A stretch of 45,876 nt of DNA from an uncultured Clostridia bacterium (GTDB lineage Bacteria; Bacillota; Clostridia; TANB77; CAG-465). A model generated the notes under the pieces. It worked only from the letters and a program-made list of their open reading frames with translations. It searched no databases and was not told the DNA's origin. The position numbers and the translations under genes are program-made. This document shows positions 19,349 through 29,532 of this stretch, in pieces. Every line of letters begins with the position of its first letter. The first letter of the stretch is position 1. Location: assembly GCA_944383035.1 (NCBI GenBank), contig CALWOE010000002.1, forward strand, positions 1 to 45,876. The letters run 5' to 3'.

Positions 19349-21190
19349 TTATTTATTATTGTTTTCGTCTTCTACTTTGTAATCAGCATCATGTACTACA
19401 TTATCATTTGACTGAGCTTCATTTCCTGCATTTGCATCAGCATTTTGGTTTGCTTGTGCTTGTTGTGAATATAACTTAGAAGAAATTTCATAAAATACTT
19501 GTGTTAATTTTTCTGATGCAGATTTAATTTTTTCTGTATCTGTTCCTTCAAGAGCTTTTTTAACATTTTCAAGTTCAACTTCTACTTTTGATTTTTCTTC
19601 AGTAGAAATTTTACCTTCTAATTCTTTTAATGTTTTTTCTGTATTATATACTAATGAATCAGCATTATTTCTAACTTCAACTTCTTCTTTTTTCTTCTTA
19701 TCCTCTGCAGCATGTGCTTCAGCTTCTTTGACAGCTTTTTGAATTTCTTCTTCTGATAAATTAGAACTTGCTGTAATAGCAATTTTTTGTTCATTATTTG
19801 TAGCCATATCTTTAGCAGTTACATGTACAATACCATTTGCATCTATATCAAATGTAACTTCTATTTGTGGAACACCTCTTGGTGCTGGTGGAATACCAGT
19901 TAAACTAAATCTTCCTAAAGTTTTATTATATGATGCAATTTCTCTTTCACCTTGTAATACATGTACTTCAACTGAAGTTTGACCATCAGCAGCTGTACTA
20001 AATATTTGTGATTTTTTAGTTGGTATTGTTGTATTTCTTTCAATTAATTTTGTAAATACACCACCATAAGTTTCAATTCCAAGTGATAGAGGTGTAACAT
20101 CTAATAATACAAGATCTTTAACTTCTCCTGTAAGTACACCACCTTGAATAGCTGCACCAATTGCAACACATTCATCTGGATTTATTCCTTTATATGGTTC
20201 TTTACCAGTTATTCTCTTAACTGTTTCTTGAACAAGTGGAACACGTGTTGAACCACCAACAAGTAAAACTTTATCTATTTTATCAAATGTAAGTCCTGAA
20301 TCTTTCATAGCTTGATTTACAGGACCAACTGTAGATTCTACAAGATCAGAAATTAATTCTTCGAATTTTGATCTAGTAAGTGTTATATCCATATGTTTTG
20401 GACCAGTTGAATCTGCAGTAATAAATGGTAAATTAATTTGCGCTTGCATTACACCAGAAAGCTCAATTTTAGCTTTTTCTGCTGCTTCTTTAAGTCTTTG
20501 CATTGCCATATTATCTGTTGATAAATCAATACCATTATCTTTTTTGAATTCAGATACTAAATAATTAATAATTCTTTCATCAAAGTCGTCACCACCAAGT
20601 CTATTATTACCTGATGTTGCCATAACTTCAAATACACCATCACCAATATCTAGGATAGATACATCGAATGTACCACCACCTAAGTCATAAACCATAATTT
20701 TTTGATCTGTGTCTTTATCAAAACCATGTGCAAGTGATGCTGCTGTTGGTTCATTTATAATTCTTAAAACTTCAAGACCAGCGATTCTACCTGCATCTTT
20801 TGTTGCTTGTCTTTGAGAATCACTAAAATATGCTGGAACTGTGATAACAGCTTGAGTTACTTTTTCACCAAGATAATTTTCAGCATCAGATTTTAATTTT
20901 TGTAAGATCATTGCTGAAATTTCTTGTGGTGTATATTCTTTATCATCTATTTTAACTTTTTTATCACTTCCCATATCTCTTTTAATAGAAATTACTGTTC
21001 TATCATGGTTTGTTACCGCTTGTCTTTTTGCTACTTGACCTACAAGTCTTTCACCATTTTTTGTGAAAGCAACTATTGATGGAGTAGTTCTTCCACCTTC
21101 TGCGTTAGGAATTACTGTTGGTTCGCCATTTTCTATTACAGCTACACAAGAATTTGTAGTTCCTAAGTCAATACCTATAACTTTTGACAT
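19349..21190 (-). CDS. dnaK: Chaperone DnaK
   Basis: [25 protein letters not shown]. Confidence 0.98.
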   Translation of the reverse strand: MSKVIGIDLGTTNSCVAVIENGEPTVIPNAEGGRTTPSIVAFTKNGERLVGQVAKRQAVTNHDRTVISIKRDMGSDKKVKIDDKEYTPQEISAMILQKLKSDAENYLGEKVTQAVITVPAYFSDSQRQATKDAGRIAGLEVLRIINEPTAASLAHGFDKDTDQKIMVYDLGGGTFDVSILDIGDGVFEVMATSGNNRLGGDDFDERIINYLVSEFKKDNGIDLSTDNMAMQRLKEAAEKAKIELSGVMQAQINLPFITADSTGPKHMDITLTRSKFEELISDLVESTVGPVNQAMKDSGLTFDKIDKVLLVGGSTRVPLVQETVKRITGKEPYKGINPDECVAIGAAIQGGVLTGEVKDLVLLDVTPLSLGIETYGGVFTKLIERNTTIPTKKSQIFSTAADGQTSVEVHVLQGEREIASYNKTLGRFSLTGIPPAPRGVPQIEVTFDIDANGIVHVTAKDMATNNEQKIAITASSNLSEEEIQKAVKEAEAHAAEDKKKKEEVEVRNNADSLVYNTEKTLKELEGKISTEEKSKVEVELENVKKALEGTDTEKIKSASEKLTQVFYEISSKLYSQQAQANQNADANAGNEAQSNDNVVHDADYKVEDENNNK

Positions 21191-21318
21191 AATATTACCT
21201 CCTAAAAAACAAAGTTATTTATTATATACTTACTTTTACAATATTATATTATTACTTTACTTAAAATAATATAACATGAAAAATAAGTAAAAATCTAATT
21301 AAATTTAATATATTGTAT

Positions 21319-21852
21319 TTAATTTGCTACTTTAACCATTGAGTGACGTACTACTTTTTCACCAATTTTATAGCCTTTTCTAAATACTTCTACTATTTCT
21401 TTTTCACCATATTTATCATCTTCAACATGCATTACTGCTTCATGATAATTTGGATCAAAAGTTTTGTTTATGCAAACAATTTCTTCTACACCAAGTTTTT
21501 TCAAAACATCTTGAATTTGATTATAAATCATTTCCATACCATTTTTGAATGACTCATCTTGAGTATCTGTATTTATAGCTTTTTCAAAATTATCTAAGAT
21601 TGGTAATAAATCAGCTACAATATCAGATGTAATAGTAGAAAACATTGTCTCTTTTTCCTTATTTACTCTTTTTTTGTAATTATCAAATTCAGCCATATTT
21701 CTCTTTAAATGTTCAAAATACTCATCTGCTTTTTTAGTTTGTTCTTCCAAATCTTCTGTAAGTTTTTCTATATATTCTTCATCAGTTAGATTTTCATTAT
21801 TTGTCACTTCATCTAAATTTTCATCTTCTAGATTCATTTTTTCTTTTTCCAT
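21319..21852 (-). CDS. grpE: Nucleotide exchange factor GrpE
   Basis: AEFDNYKKR, FDPNYHEAV, KGY...VRHSMVKV; operon position. Confidence 0.95.
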   Translation of the reverse strand: MEKEKMNLEDENLDEVTNNENLTDEEYIEKLTEDLEEQTKKADEYFEHLKRNMAEFDNYKKRVNKEKETMFSTITSDIVADLLPILDNFEKAINTDTQDESFKNGMEMIYNQIQDVLKKLGVEEIVCINKTFDPNYHEAVMHVEDDKYGEKEIVEVFRKGYKIGEKVVRHSMVKVAN

Positions 21853-22894
21853 TAATATTTTCCTCACTTTCCTTTTTATCTATACCCTCAGATAAAAATA
21901 TACTCTTAAGTTTTTTATCTATATACTTAAGTGTAGAAACTGTTTTGGAATAATCAATTCTTTTTGGACTTATCACTGATAATTTTCCAATATGTTTATC
22001 CTTAGTTTCAATATTAAGCGAAATTATACTATAGTCTTTTAAAAGTACTTCTTTACTTTCAGATCCTATAACAATTCCAAGTTCACCATTATCAATTTTT
22101 TCAATCGTACTATCTACTATATCTTTAGTAGATAATATATTAACGAATTTTTTTGCCTTTTCAACATCTGAAAACTCAGGTAAATCAAGAATTTCTTCAA
22201 CATCAGCATTTAACTTTTTTTCTTCATTATTCATTTGATATTTTATACTCTCACATATATTTGCAAGAATATTAGAAAAAGCTGAAAGCTCTGTTTTTAT
22301 GACTTGATTTAATACTTCATTTAATTTTTCTAATGGTGTACCATTAAGTCTTGTATTTAACATTGAAGATAATTCATCTATCATTTCTTCTGGAACAGAA
22401 TCTGTAAGTTTTGCAAAAACATCTTTTACTGTACCATTTTTAGATAGAAGTATTACAAGTAATAACTTATCTGATACTTTTAATATTTTAATATGTTCTA
22501 ATAAATCTTCGCTTTTTAATGTTAGCACTGTTGGTCTTGAAAGAATTTTTGAGACTACTTGTGCTGCTTGCTTAACTAATGTTTCTGTATCTCCAAAACC
22601 ACTTATATTATTTTCTATATAGTTTATATCTAACATAGATAATTTCTTTTCTTTCATTAAATTATCTACATAATATCTATATCCTTTAGTAGAGGGTATA
22701 CTACCAGAAGATATATGTGGTTGTTCTAAATAACCTGCTTCTTTTAAAAATTTCATTTCATTACGTATAGTTGCACTACTATATTCTAAATTATATTTTG
22801 TAGCAAGTGTTTTAGAACCAACTGGCTCTGCAGATACAATATAGTCTTCTACAACAGATGATAATATTTTCTTTTTTCTATCATCTAAATTCAT
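21821..22894 (-). CDS. hrcA: Heat-inducible transcription repressor HrcA
   Basis: AEPVGSK, SSATIRNEM, QPHISSG, GYRYYVD; CIRCE upstream. Confidence 0.95.
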   Translation of the reverse strand: MNLDDRKKKILSSVVEDYIVSAEPVGSKTLATKYNLEYSSATIRNEMKFLKEAGYLEQPHISSGSIPSTKGYRYYVDNLMKEKKLSMLDINYIENNISGFGDTETLVKQAAQVVSKILSRPTVLTLKSEDLLEHIKILKVSDKLLLVILLSKNGTVKDVFAKLTDSVPEEMIDELSSMLNTRLNGTPLEKLNEVLNQVIKTELSAFSNILANICESIKYQMNNEEKKLNADVEEILDLPEFSDVEKAKKFVNILSTKDIVDSTIEKIDNGELGIVIGSESKEVLLKDYSIISLNIETKDKHIGKLSVISPKRIDYSKTVSTLKYIDKKLKSIFLSEGIDKKESEENINGKRKNESRR

Positions 22895-22908
22895 ATATAA
22901 TCACCCAC

Positions 22909-22935
22909 TTAGCACTTAAAGTATTCGAGTGCTAA
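22909..22935. promoter_or_regulatory. CIRCE operator
   Basis: TTAGCACTT-N9-GAGTGCTAA (one mismatch to consensus); promoter TTGACA-N17-TAATAT at 22948-22976. Confidence 0.95.
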
Positions 22936-23045
22936 ACTAACACTAATATATTACATCAACAATTACTATTTGTCAAGCTTTTTTATATAAAAATCAAAAA
23001 AAAATAAAACTCAAAATTTCTGAGCTTTATTTTTCTAATATACAA

Positions 23046-23273
23046 CTAATCACTATAATATTTTTTCATAAATTCATATAGAGTTCCATCATCTTCTATA
23101 GTATAGTATAATTTCTCACTAGTATAATCTAGTTTTTCACTTTCTGTTGGTCTACAGTCCATTCTATGAACATACTGACTAGGTAAATCGTTAATATTCA
23201 CACGTTTTTGCCATGGCTTTTTTACTCGTCTTAATGGTTCACTTTCTAGAAGGTATGGTTTGATCTCAGTCAT
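23046..23273 (-). CDS. Small hypothetical protein (paralog of 23303..23512)
   Basis: AAGGAGG RBS; ungapped similarity to its neighbour. Confidence 0.75.
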   Translation of the reverse strand: MTEIKPYLLESEPLRRVKKPWQKRVNINDLPSQYVHRMDCRPTESEKLDYTSEKLYYTIEDDGTLYEFMKKYYSD

Positions 23274-23302
23274 ATTAGTACCTCCTTAATAATAAGATTT
23301 TC

Positions 23303-23512
23303 TTACCAAGATTTTAATTTCTCATCCAATCCTGAACAACATATATCCAAATTATAAATATGTGGTTTATCATATTTTGATTTTACACAATCATTTTTGT
23401 CAACATAAGTACTAACAATATCGTTAATTGATGGTACTTTTACAAAAGAACTTCTTATACGTCTTGGTGTTTGAGATTTAATAATTAAAGCATCAATTTC
23501 TAATCTAGCCAT
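23303..23512 (-). CDS. Small hypothetical protein (paralog of 23046..23273)
   Basis: AGGAGG RBS; ungapped similarity to its neighbour. Confidence 0.75.
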   Translation of the reverse strand: MARLEIDALIIKSQTPRRIRSSFVKVPSINDIVSTYVDKNDCVKSKYDKPHIYNLDICCSGLDEKLKSW

Positions 23513-23679
23513 AGCATAATCCTCCTATATTATTTAACTTTTAACTATAAAACCAAAATTAAAAATAATTAAACTAAAAAGATTTGAATTATAAATCATC
23601 TCCTCTTAATGACTTTTAATCAAAAAACAATAAACAACTAAACTACTCAGTTTCTTTTAACTAAAAATTTTACAAACTC

Positions 23680-23708
23680 ATTATATCAATTCTATTTTAA
23701 TCTGTCAA
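23680..23708 (-). promoter_or_regulatory. Sigma-A promoter for the small paralog pair
   Basis: TTGACA-N17-TATAAT with TGn extension. Confidence 0.75.
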
Positions 23709-23730
23709 TAACTCTATTTTTTAGATATAG

Positions 23731-23764
23731 AAAAAAGATCCTAAGTTTTAACTTAAGATCTTTT
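23731..23764. terminator. Intrinsic terminator closing the non-coding transcription unit
   Basis: AAAAAAGATCCTAAG...CTTAAGATCTTTT hairpin. Confidence 0.7.
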
Positions 23765-23901
23765 AAGATAGGGATAAAGATAGAGTTAGCGATACCATTT
23801 AATTTTTACAAGTTTTATATAATTAATAAAATAAGTAATAAAAAAATAAGTATACTCTAATATAAATTAATACAAATTAAGAATAATAAAAAATTTACAA
23901 C

Positions 23902-24173
23902 TGAGAGCAACTGGGATTGAACCAGCAAAAAATAATCATCATATTTTTATTATTACATAAGTTTGCAATATAGTGCTTTTCAACTCCTTTTATTCAAATT
24001 TGACTATATTGTGTGTTATGGTGATATTTGGATATGCTAGTATTCTATAAATAGGGTGTGTAATGAAGACTAATTAAATGGCATTTTTTAGAAATCATAT
24101 TCTTATTTTATAGAAACACAATATGACTTGTAATAATAAAAAATACAATAAATTATTTTATACCTTTACTCTC
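23902..24173 (-). ncRNA. Putative 272-nt tRNA-like / tmRNA-topology structured RNA
   Basis: 7-bp acceptor GAGAGUA/UGCUCUC + A; canonical T-arm GCUGG-UUCAAUC-CCAGU; about 30-bp long-range helix with G-U pairs; flanking promoter and terminator. Confidence 0.65.
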
Positions 24174-24222
24174 ATAACTAGGTTATATATTTAAATAACC
24201 ATATATTTTAAACACGACTAAT

Positions 24223-24250
24223 ATTATAACACATTTTTCTTATTTGTCAA
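24223..24250 (-). promoter_or_regulatory. Sigma-A promoter upstream of the tRNA-like RNA
   Basis: TTGACA-N16-TATAAT with TGn extended -10; no ORF follows. Confidence 0.7.
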
Positions 24251-24326
24251 ATAAAAAAAGATAACATCTAAAATTTGAAGTAAAATCAAATATCAGACTT
24301 TATCTTTTTTATAACAATGTATAGAT

Positions 24327-25562
24327 TTATATATTTTTATTTTTTACTTTTAAATAAAGCTTTATTGCATTATCTGGTGTATAATGCCGTGTAAAAGATT
24401 TTATAGGTGCAAATTCATCTTTTCTTTTAACGTTTAAAATTAACATATTATCAAAATGTTCAAATATATCAAAAATAAATTGTTCAAATTTATATGTATT
24501 TGTTGTTTTAGCAACAACTTTTACCCCTTCTTCATTTAAATAATTATTTTTCTTTAAAGCTATATGATATGGTAATTTCATATTACAACATTCTTCTAAT
24601 GCATCTATTTTTAACAGATGTTCTAGTATATTTATTTGCTTAAATTCCTTTTTATTTAAATTTTCTTTACTTAATCTTTTTGGTGAAATTAAAGATATAA
24701 CATCGTTTTTTCTAGCAAATATCCAATCATTTTTCTCATATGCTAATTTTTCTACTGTTTTAGATGCTATTTTATAATTACTATCACTTAACATACCAAT
24801 AAATAAAGGATCTATTGCTTTTAACAAAACATTATCTATTCCACAAAAAAATATATATTCAACATTTCTTTTTTTTAAATCATTTAAAATACCATTTTTC
24901 TTTAAAGAATAAAATACATTACCATTACCATTTGATACTTCTTTTATTTTAAATTCTTTATCTAAAACCATATTTCCATTTAAATCTAAAATAGGCATAT
25001 TCTCCTGAACAAAAAAATGAATTTTTTCTTTAGGATAATTAAAATAATTATGTGTTTTAAAGAAATTTTGAGTATCACTATCATTATCCGAACTTGTCAT
25101 AATGTACCACTCTATATATACTTTATATTTTTCATATGCTATTTTAAAATTATCACAAAGTATTTCAAATAGCGACTTTTTTTTATCAGGTTTAAGTTCA
25201 AGCTCAAAACATCCTTTTGGCTTTGCAAGACCAAGTCTTGTTCCTTGTCCACCTGCCATAGTTACAACTACATATTTATTTTCTTTTATTATTTTTTCAC
25301 CTAAGTTAAAATATTTTATTTTTTCTTCATTTTTTATATTACTAGAATAAATAAAATTTAAAGTTTCTATTTTAGCATTATCATCAATTGTTTGATTTAA
25401 ACAGTTTTTATAATTTTCTTTTAAAAGTTCAATATCTATATTTTCTATTTGACTTAGTAAAATTTGTTTTTGATCTTTATGTAAGTTGTGATAAAATATA
25501 AGCAAATTTTCTTGATTATATTTCTTCAACTTTTTTAATACCTGTTTATATCTTGTATCCAT
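24327..25562 (-). CDS. UDPGP-family uridylyltransferase (UDP-GlcNAc pyrophosphorylase, UAP1-like)
   Basis: MAGGQGTRLG..PKG, YIMTS, GNGN, IDN, KFEQFIFD, EFAPIK. Confidence 0.88.
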   Translation of the reverse strand: MDTRYKQVLKKLKKYNQENLLIFYHNLHKDQKQILLSQIENIDIELLKENYKNCLNQTIDDNAKIETLNFIYSSNIKNEEKIKYFNLGEKIIKENKYVVVTMAGGQGTRLGLAKPKGCFELELKPDKKKSLFEILCDNFKIAYEKYKVYIEWYIMTSSDNDSDTQNFFKTHNYFNYPKEKIHFFVQENMPILDLNGNMVLDKEFKIKEVSNGNGNVFYSLKKNGILNDLKKRNVEYIFFCGIDNVLLKAIDPLFIGMLSDSNYKIASKTVEKLAYEKNDWIFARKNDVISLISPKRLSKENLNKKEFKQINILEHLLKIDALEECCNMKLPYHIALKKNNYLNEEGVKVVAKTTNTYKFEQFIFDIFEHFDNMLILNVKRKDEFAPIKSFTRHYTPDNAIKLYLKVKNKNI

Positions 25563-25573
25563 AATAACTCCTT

Positions 25574-26377
25574 TTATTTAGTAGAAGCCGATTTCAATAC
25601 TTTAATACTATCATCTTTACTCTTCATATCAGATTTTTCTAAAGCTTCTAATTCCTTTTCTACATTGTATGGAATTCTTACTATATTTATATCAATCATA
25701 TTGAAGTTTTTGGAATTTAAATCACCACTTATAATTCCATAAGATGCAACCGTAGAAAATTTTGATGTTTCATCCAAATATTTATGTTCATTTAACATTT
25801 CTGTAGAATTACCAACACTACCTACGTTAAATATCATTTTGTTTTTATATCTAAATAAATTTGGTGTATGAATATGTCCATAACATATAATATCTGGCTT
25901 TTTAATTTCATCTTTATTACCAAAAAGTTCAGTATTATCAAACATCATTTCATAATCTGTTATGACTCTATCATATCCTTCTTCACCTTTTTTATTAACA
26001 TATATTGGATTAAATATTTTATCTATACCATAAGGAGATGCATGATAGAATCTAACTAAATATCCACTAATATACATATCATAAAAGTAAGGTAAATTCC
26101 TTAAATATTCAAGTTGATTTTTATTTAGCTTATCAGTTGTCCAATATTTTCCTTTTTTTATATCTTCTCTACTTATTAAATAATCACAATTACCCATTAA
26201 AGTCACAAAACAGTTTTTTTGTACTAAATCAACCACATCTTCTGGATGTACACCTTTTACAACCAAATCTCCTAAACATATTATTTTTTCTATATTTCTT
26301 CTTTTTATATCTTTTAAAACTTCCTCTAATGCTGATTTATTTCCATGAATATCAGATATAATTGCTAATTTTTCCAT
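25574..26377 (-). CDS. Calcineurin-like metallophosphoesterase
   Basis: SDIHGN, LGDLV, GNCD, HAS, GHIH, NVGSVG. Confidence 0.9.
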   Translation of the reverse strand: MEKLAIISDIHGNKSALEEVLKDIKRRNIEKIICLGDLVVKGVHPEDVVDLVQKNCFVTLMGNCDYLISREDIKKGKYWTTDKLNKNQLEYLRNLPYFYDMYISGYLVRFYHASPYGIDKIFNPIYVNKKGEEGYDRVITDYEMMFDNTELFGNKDEIKKPDIICYGHIHTPNLFRYKNKMIFNVGSVGNSTEMLNEHKYLDETSKFSTVASYGIISGDLNSKNFNMIDINIVRIPYNVEKELEALEKSDMKSKDDSIKVLKSASTK

Positions 26378-26386
26378 ACCAATCTC

Positions 26387-27241
26387 CTACTTTATATTAT
26401 TACTTCTTTTTACTAGTTCTATTAAATTTTCTATTAAAGATATTACTGTCATAACTCCAACTCCGCCTGGAACTTTTGTTATATACTCTACATCATCTAT
26501 TACTTCATGTAAATTTACATCTCCATATATTTTACCATCAACTTTGTTTATACCAACATCAATTACAATACTACCTTTTTTTACCATATCTTTTTTTATT
26601 AAATTACAAACTCCCGCTACTACAACTAAAATATCCGCCTCTTTAGTATAATGACCTAAATTTTTTGTCTTACTATGACATATAGTAACAGTTGCATCAT
26701 TATTTAACAGCATGTAAGATACTGGTTTTCCAACAATTTGACTTCTACCAACAATAACTGCATGCTTACCAGATATATCTGCTTTTATAAATTCAAGAAT
26801 AGACATAATTCCCTTTGCAGTACATGGAATTATCATATCTTTACTTTTTAATAAAAGTCTACCTGTATTTATTTCTTTAAATCCATCAACATCTTTTCTT
26901 ACATCTATACTTTCTAATATTTTATGCTTGTCCAAATGTTTATAAAGTGGTAGTTGTACAAGTATTCCGTGTACACTATCATCTTTATTTAATTTATCTA
27001 TAGTATCTAAAATATCATCTGTTGTAACTGTATTGCTAAAATAATATTCTTCTTGTAATATACCTAAACTATCACATAGATTCTTCTTATTTTTTACATA
27101 TATTTTTGAAGATTCATCAAAACTTGCAATAATAACTGCAAGTTTAGGTATTATATTTTTTTTATTTAATATTTTGATTTCTTGTTTTAAGTTTTCTTTT
27201 TTTATTTCAGAAAGTTTTTTTATATCAATTATTTTTCCCAT
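26387..27241 (-). CDS. folD: Methylenetetrahydrofolate dehydrogenase/cyclohydrolase (resident copy)
   Basis: GILVQLPL, KDVDGF, PCT, GRSQIVGKP, VPGGVG. Confidence 0.95.
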   Translation of the reverse strand: MGKIIDIKKLSEIKKENLKQEIKILNKKNIIPKLAVIIASFDESSKIYVKNKKNLCDSLGILQEEYYFSNTVTTDDILDTIDKLNKDDSVHGILVQLPLYKHLDKHKILESIDVRKDVDGFKEINTGRLLLKSKDMIIPCTAKGIMSILEFIKADISGKHAVIVGRSQIVGKPVSYMLLNNDATVTICHSKTKNLGHYTKEADILVVVAGVCNLIKKDMVKKGSIVIDVGINKVDGKIYGDVNLHEVIDDVEYITKVPGGVGVMTVISLIENLIELVKRSNNIK

Positions 27242-28034
27242 AAATTTGTTCCTCTTCTAATATTTCATATATTTTATCCTTTAAATATTTTGCTGCACTA
27301 ACTGGAGATGTTTTAGATGGTATTGCAAGAGATAATTTATAATTTATATTTTGTTTTTTTACTTCAAATGTATCAACACCACCAGGTAAAGATGCAATGT
27401 CTAAAACAAAGCATGTCTTTTTTAACATTTTAATTCTTTTTTTATCTAATATAAGATGTGGAATAGTATTTATGATTATATCCATATCTTTTAGATAAAA
27501 ATCTAGATATTTTAAATCAATGCTTTTATATGAAAAAGCATCAATCAAACTTAAATCTTTAATATTTCTTGCTTCAACATAAATATTAGCTCCAAAACCG
27601 CTTAATTGTTTACAAAGTATTTTACCAATTCTTCCATATCCTAATACTAATATATTTGAATTATTTAACGTAAAATCAGTAGATTCTATTATATCTTTTA
27701 TAGCCCCTTCTCCCGTCGCTATAGCATTTTTCATAGTTACATCTTCAAAGTCTAATAAATCTACATACTTTATGTCATTTTTTTCAAATTCTTTTCTCAA
27801 ATCTTTTGAAATAGAACCAGAAAACAATATTTTATTAGTATTTTTTAGTATTTCTATAATTTGACATACAGAATATTCACTACCATTTAGAAAAACATTA
27901 TCTTTTGAAAATGGAACTTGAGCTATTAAAATATCTGCATTTTTTATATCTGTAATATTATATTTTTTATCCTCTAGTATACCTTTTTTTATATTTTCTA
28001 TTCTTTTGTCATTTCCAAGTATACATATATTCAT
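27225..28034 (-). CDS. dpaA: Dipicolinate synthase subunit A (SpoVFA)
   Basis: GNDKR, NAIATGEGAI, LGYGRIGK, INTIP, DIASLPGGVD. Confidence 0.88.
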   Translation of the reverse strand: MNICILGNDKRIENIKKGILEDKKYNITDIKNADILIAQVPFSKDNVFLNGSEYSVCQIIEILKNTNKILFSGSISKDLRKEFEKNDIKYVDLLDFEDVTMKNAIATGEGAIKDIIESTDFTLNNSNILVLGYGRIGKILCKQLSGFGANIYVEARNIKDLSLIDAFSYKSIDLKYLDFYLKDMDIIINTIPHLILDKKRIKMLKKTCFVLDIASLPGGVDTFEVKKQNINYKLSLAIPSKTSPVSAAKYLKDKIYEILEEEQIYGKNN

Positions 28035-28051
28035 AACATATCACCTATAAT

Positions 28052-28077
28052 ATATTATGATTATATATTTTTAGTGT
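28052..28077 (-). promoter_or_regulatory. Sigma-K-like promoter of dpaA
   Basis: AC-N16-CATAATAT matches the AC-N16-CATANNNT consensus. Confidence 0.5.
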
Positions 28078-28187
28078 TAATAACAAAATATTTTATATAT
28101 ATTATAATTAATTATATCATATTGTGTTTTTTCATACAATAAAGGGATATAAATTTAAATTAATTTATATCCCTCAAATATTTTATA

Positions 28188-28574
28188 TTATACATTTTCA
28201 TTTTTTCTACATTTTGGACACAATCCATACATTTCTAAATTGTGACTTTGTAATTTATAACCAGTGTTTTTTTCTATTTTTTCATCTAAAATATATACTG
28301 GACATTCATAAAGTTTAATACATTTTTTACATTTAGTACATATAAGTAAATGTGAATGCTTGTTATCTTTTAACATATAACAATAAGTACCATCTTGTTT
28401 TACTGCTTTTTCTATCACATCATTTTCATTTAATACTTTTAAATTCCTATATATAGTCGATAAATTCATGTTTTCTGTTTTAACACATTTGTCATATATT
28501 TCCTCTGCAGTTAGTGGATTATTACTACACTTTAAAATATCAATAATCTTACTTCTATGTTTTGTATTTTTCAT
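28188..28574 (-). CDS. Fur-family regulator (Zur-like)
   Basis: PLTAEEIY, LSTIYRNL, HSHLLICTKC, YGLCPKC. Confidence 0.9.
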   Translation of the reverse strand: MKNTKHRSKIIDILKCSNNPLTAEEIYDKCVKTENMNLSTIYRNLKVLNENDVIEKAVKQDGTYCYMLKDNKHSHLLICTKCKKCIKLYECPVYILDEKIEKNTGYKLQSHNLEMYGLCPKCRKNENV

Positions 28575-28576
28575 GA

Positions 28577-29440
28577 TTAAATCAAATTTGAAATAATTTG
28601 CAAAATTACTCCAATTAATACTCCTAAGAAATATAATAATCCAACTATCTTTAAATTTTCTTTTATATCTTTATTTTCTTTAAATAAAACTACAAGTCCA
28701 ATTCCTGCATTAGTACAAAGACCAGCTATAATTGATGCAAAACTTATATTTCCAGCTACAAATAAATTAGTAAGTACTACAGATGATGCGCAGTTTGGTA
28801 TAAGTCCAATAATTCCTGCTATAAACACTTGTAATACACTTCCTTGCATTAAAACTTTACTTAAATTTTCACTTCCTATCAAATGAATAATACTATTTAA
28901 CACAAAAGCTACTATTAAAATATACACAAATACATTTAAAGTATGTTTTAGAGCATGTAACCATATACTATGTTTTTTATCTTTTGAATGTACATGCTCA
29001 CACATAGCTGTTATATGTTCATGTAAATTCTTTTTAGTCAAATATTTATGATTTTTCTTAGATATAATAAAATCAATTACAAAACCAGCTATAAATCCAT
29101 ATATAATTTTTACTATTATTATTTTTAAAACTTCTCCTAGCATATTTGGAGTAGTAAGTAATATTGGTATAGCTTCATCAGAGGTTGCTAAAAATACTGA
29201 AATTAATGTTCCAAGTGTTATAACTCGTCCTGCGTATAAACTAGATGCAGTAACAGAAAAACCACATTGAGGAACAGCACCTAAAGTTGCTCCAATTATT
29301 GTGCCAAATTTTCCTGAATTTTTTAAAATTTCTTTTATATTTGATTTTTTTTCTAAATATTCCAATATAAGATATGCAATATACAAAAATGGTAACATTT
29401 TTATACTATCCATAATTGTTTCTTCTATAACATGTAGCAT
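28577..29440 (-). CDS. Putative Mn/Zn metal permease
   Basis: PQCGFS, ATSDEAIP, PNCASS, His-rich loop; ATG at 29440 after AAGGAG. Confidence 0.8.
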   Translation of the reverse strand: MLHVIEETIMDSIKMLPFLYIAYLILEYLEKKSNIKEILKNSGKFGTIIGATLGAVPQCGFSVTASSLYAGRVITLGTLISVFLATSDEAIPILLTTPNMLGEVLKIIIVKIIYGFIAGFVIDFIISKKNHKYLTKKNLHEHITAMCEHVHSKDKKHSIWLHALKHTLNVFVYILIVAFVLNSIIHLIGSENLSKVLMQGSVLQVFIAGIIGLIPNCASSVVLTNLFVAGNISFASIIAGLCTNAGIGLVVLFKENKDIKENLKIVGLLYFLGVLIGVILQIISNLI

Positions 29441-29463
29441 AACAATTCTCCTTTTCAAAAAAA

Positions 29464-29486
29464 TAGATGCAAATGATTTGCATCTA
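29464..29486. promoter_or_regulatory. Fur/Zur-type operator just downstream of a TTGACA-N17-TATAAT promoter (29491-29519)
   Basis: Perfect 11-1-11 palindrome TAGATGCAAAT-G-ATTTGCATCTA. Confidence 0.75.
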
Positions 29487-29532
29487 CTTTATTATACACT
29501 ATATATTATACTATGTCAATACTAAATATAAA

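Noticed and set aside
23902..23926. Canonical tRNA gene or simple prophage att remnant
   Set aside because: There is no D-stem or anticodon arm within tRNA distance and no integrase nearby. The matching acceptor 5' strand and long helix lie 250 nt upstream, so it is reported as a larger RNA instead.
24327..25562. Eukaryote-like UDP-GlcNAc pyrophosphorylase as horizontal transfer
   Set aside because: UDPGP-family genes are already known in Firmicutes, and the composition matches the neighbours.
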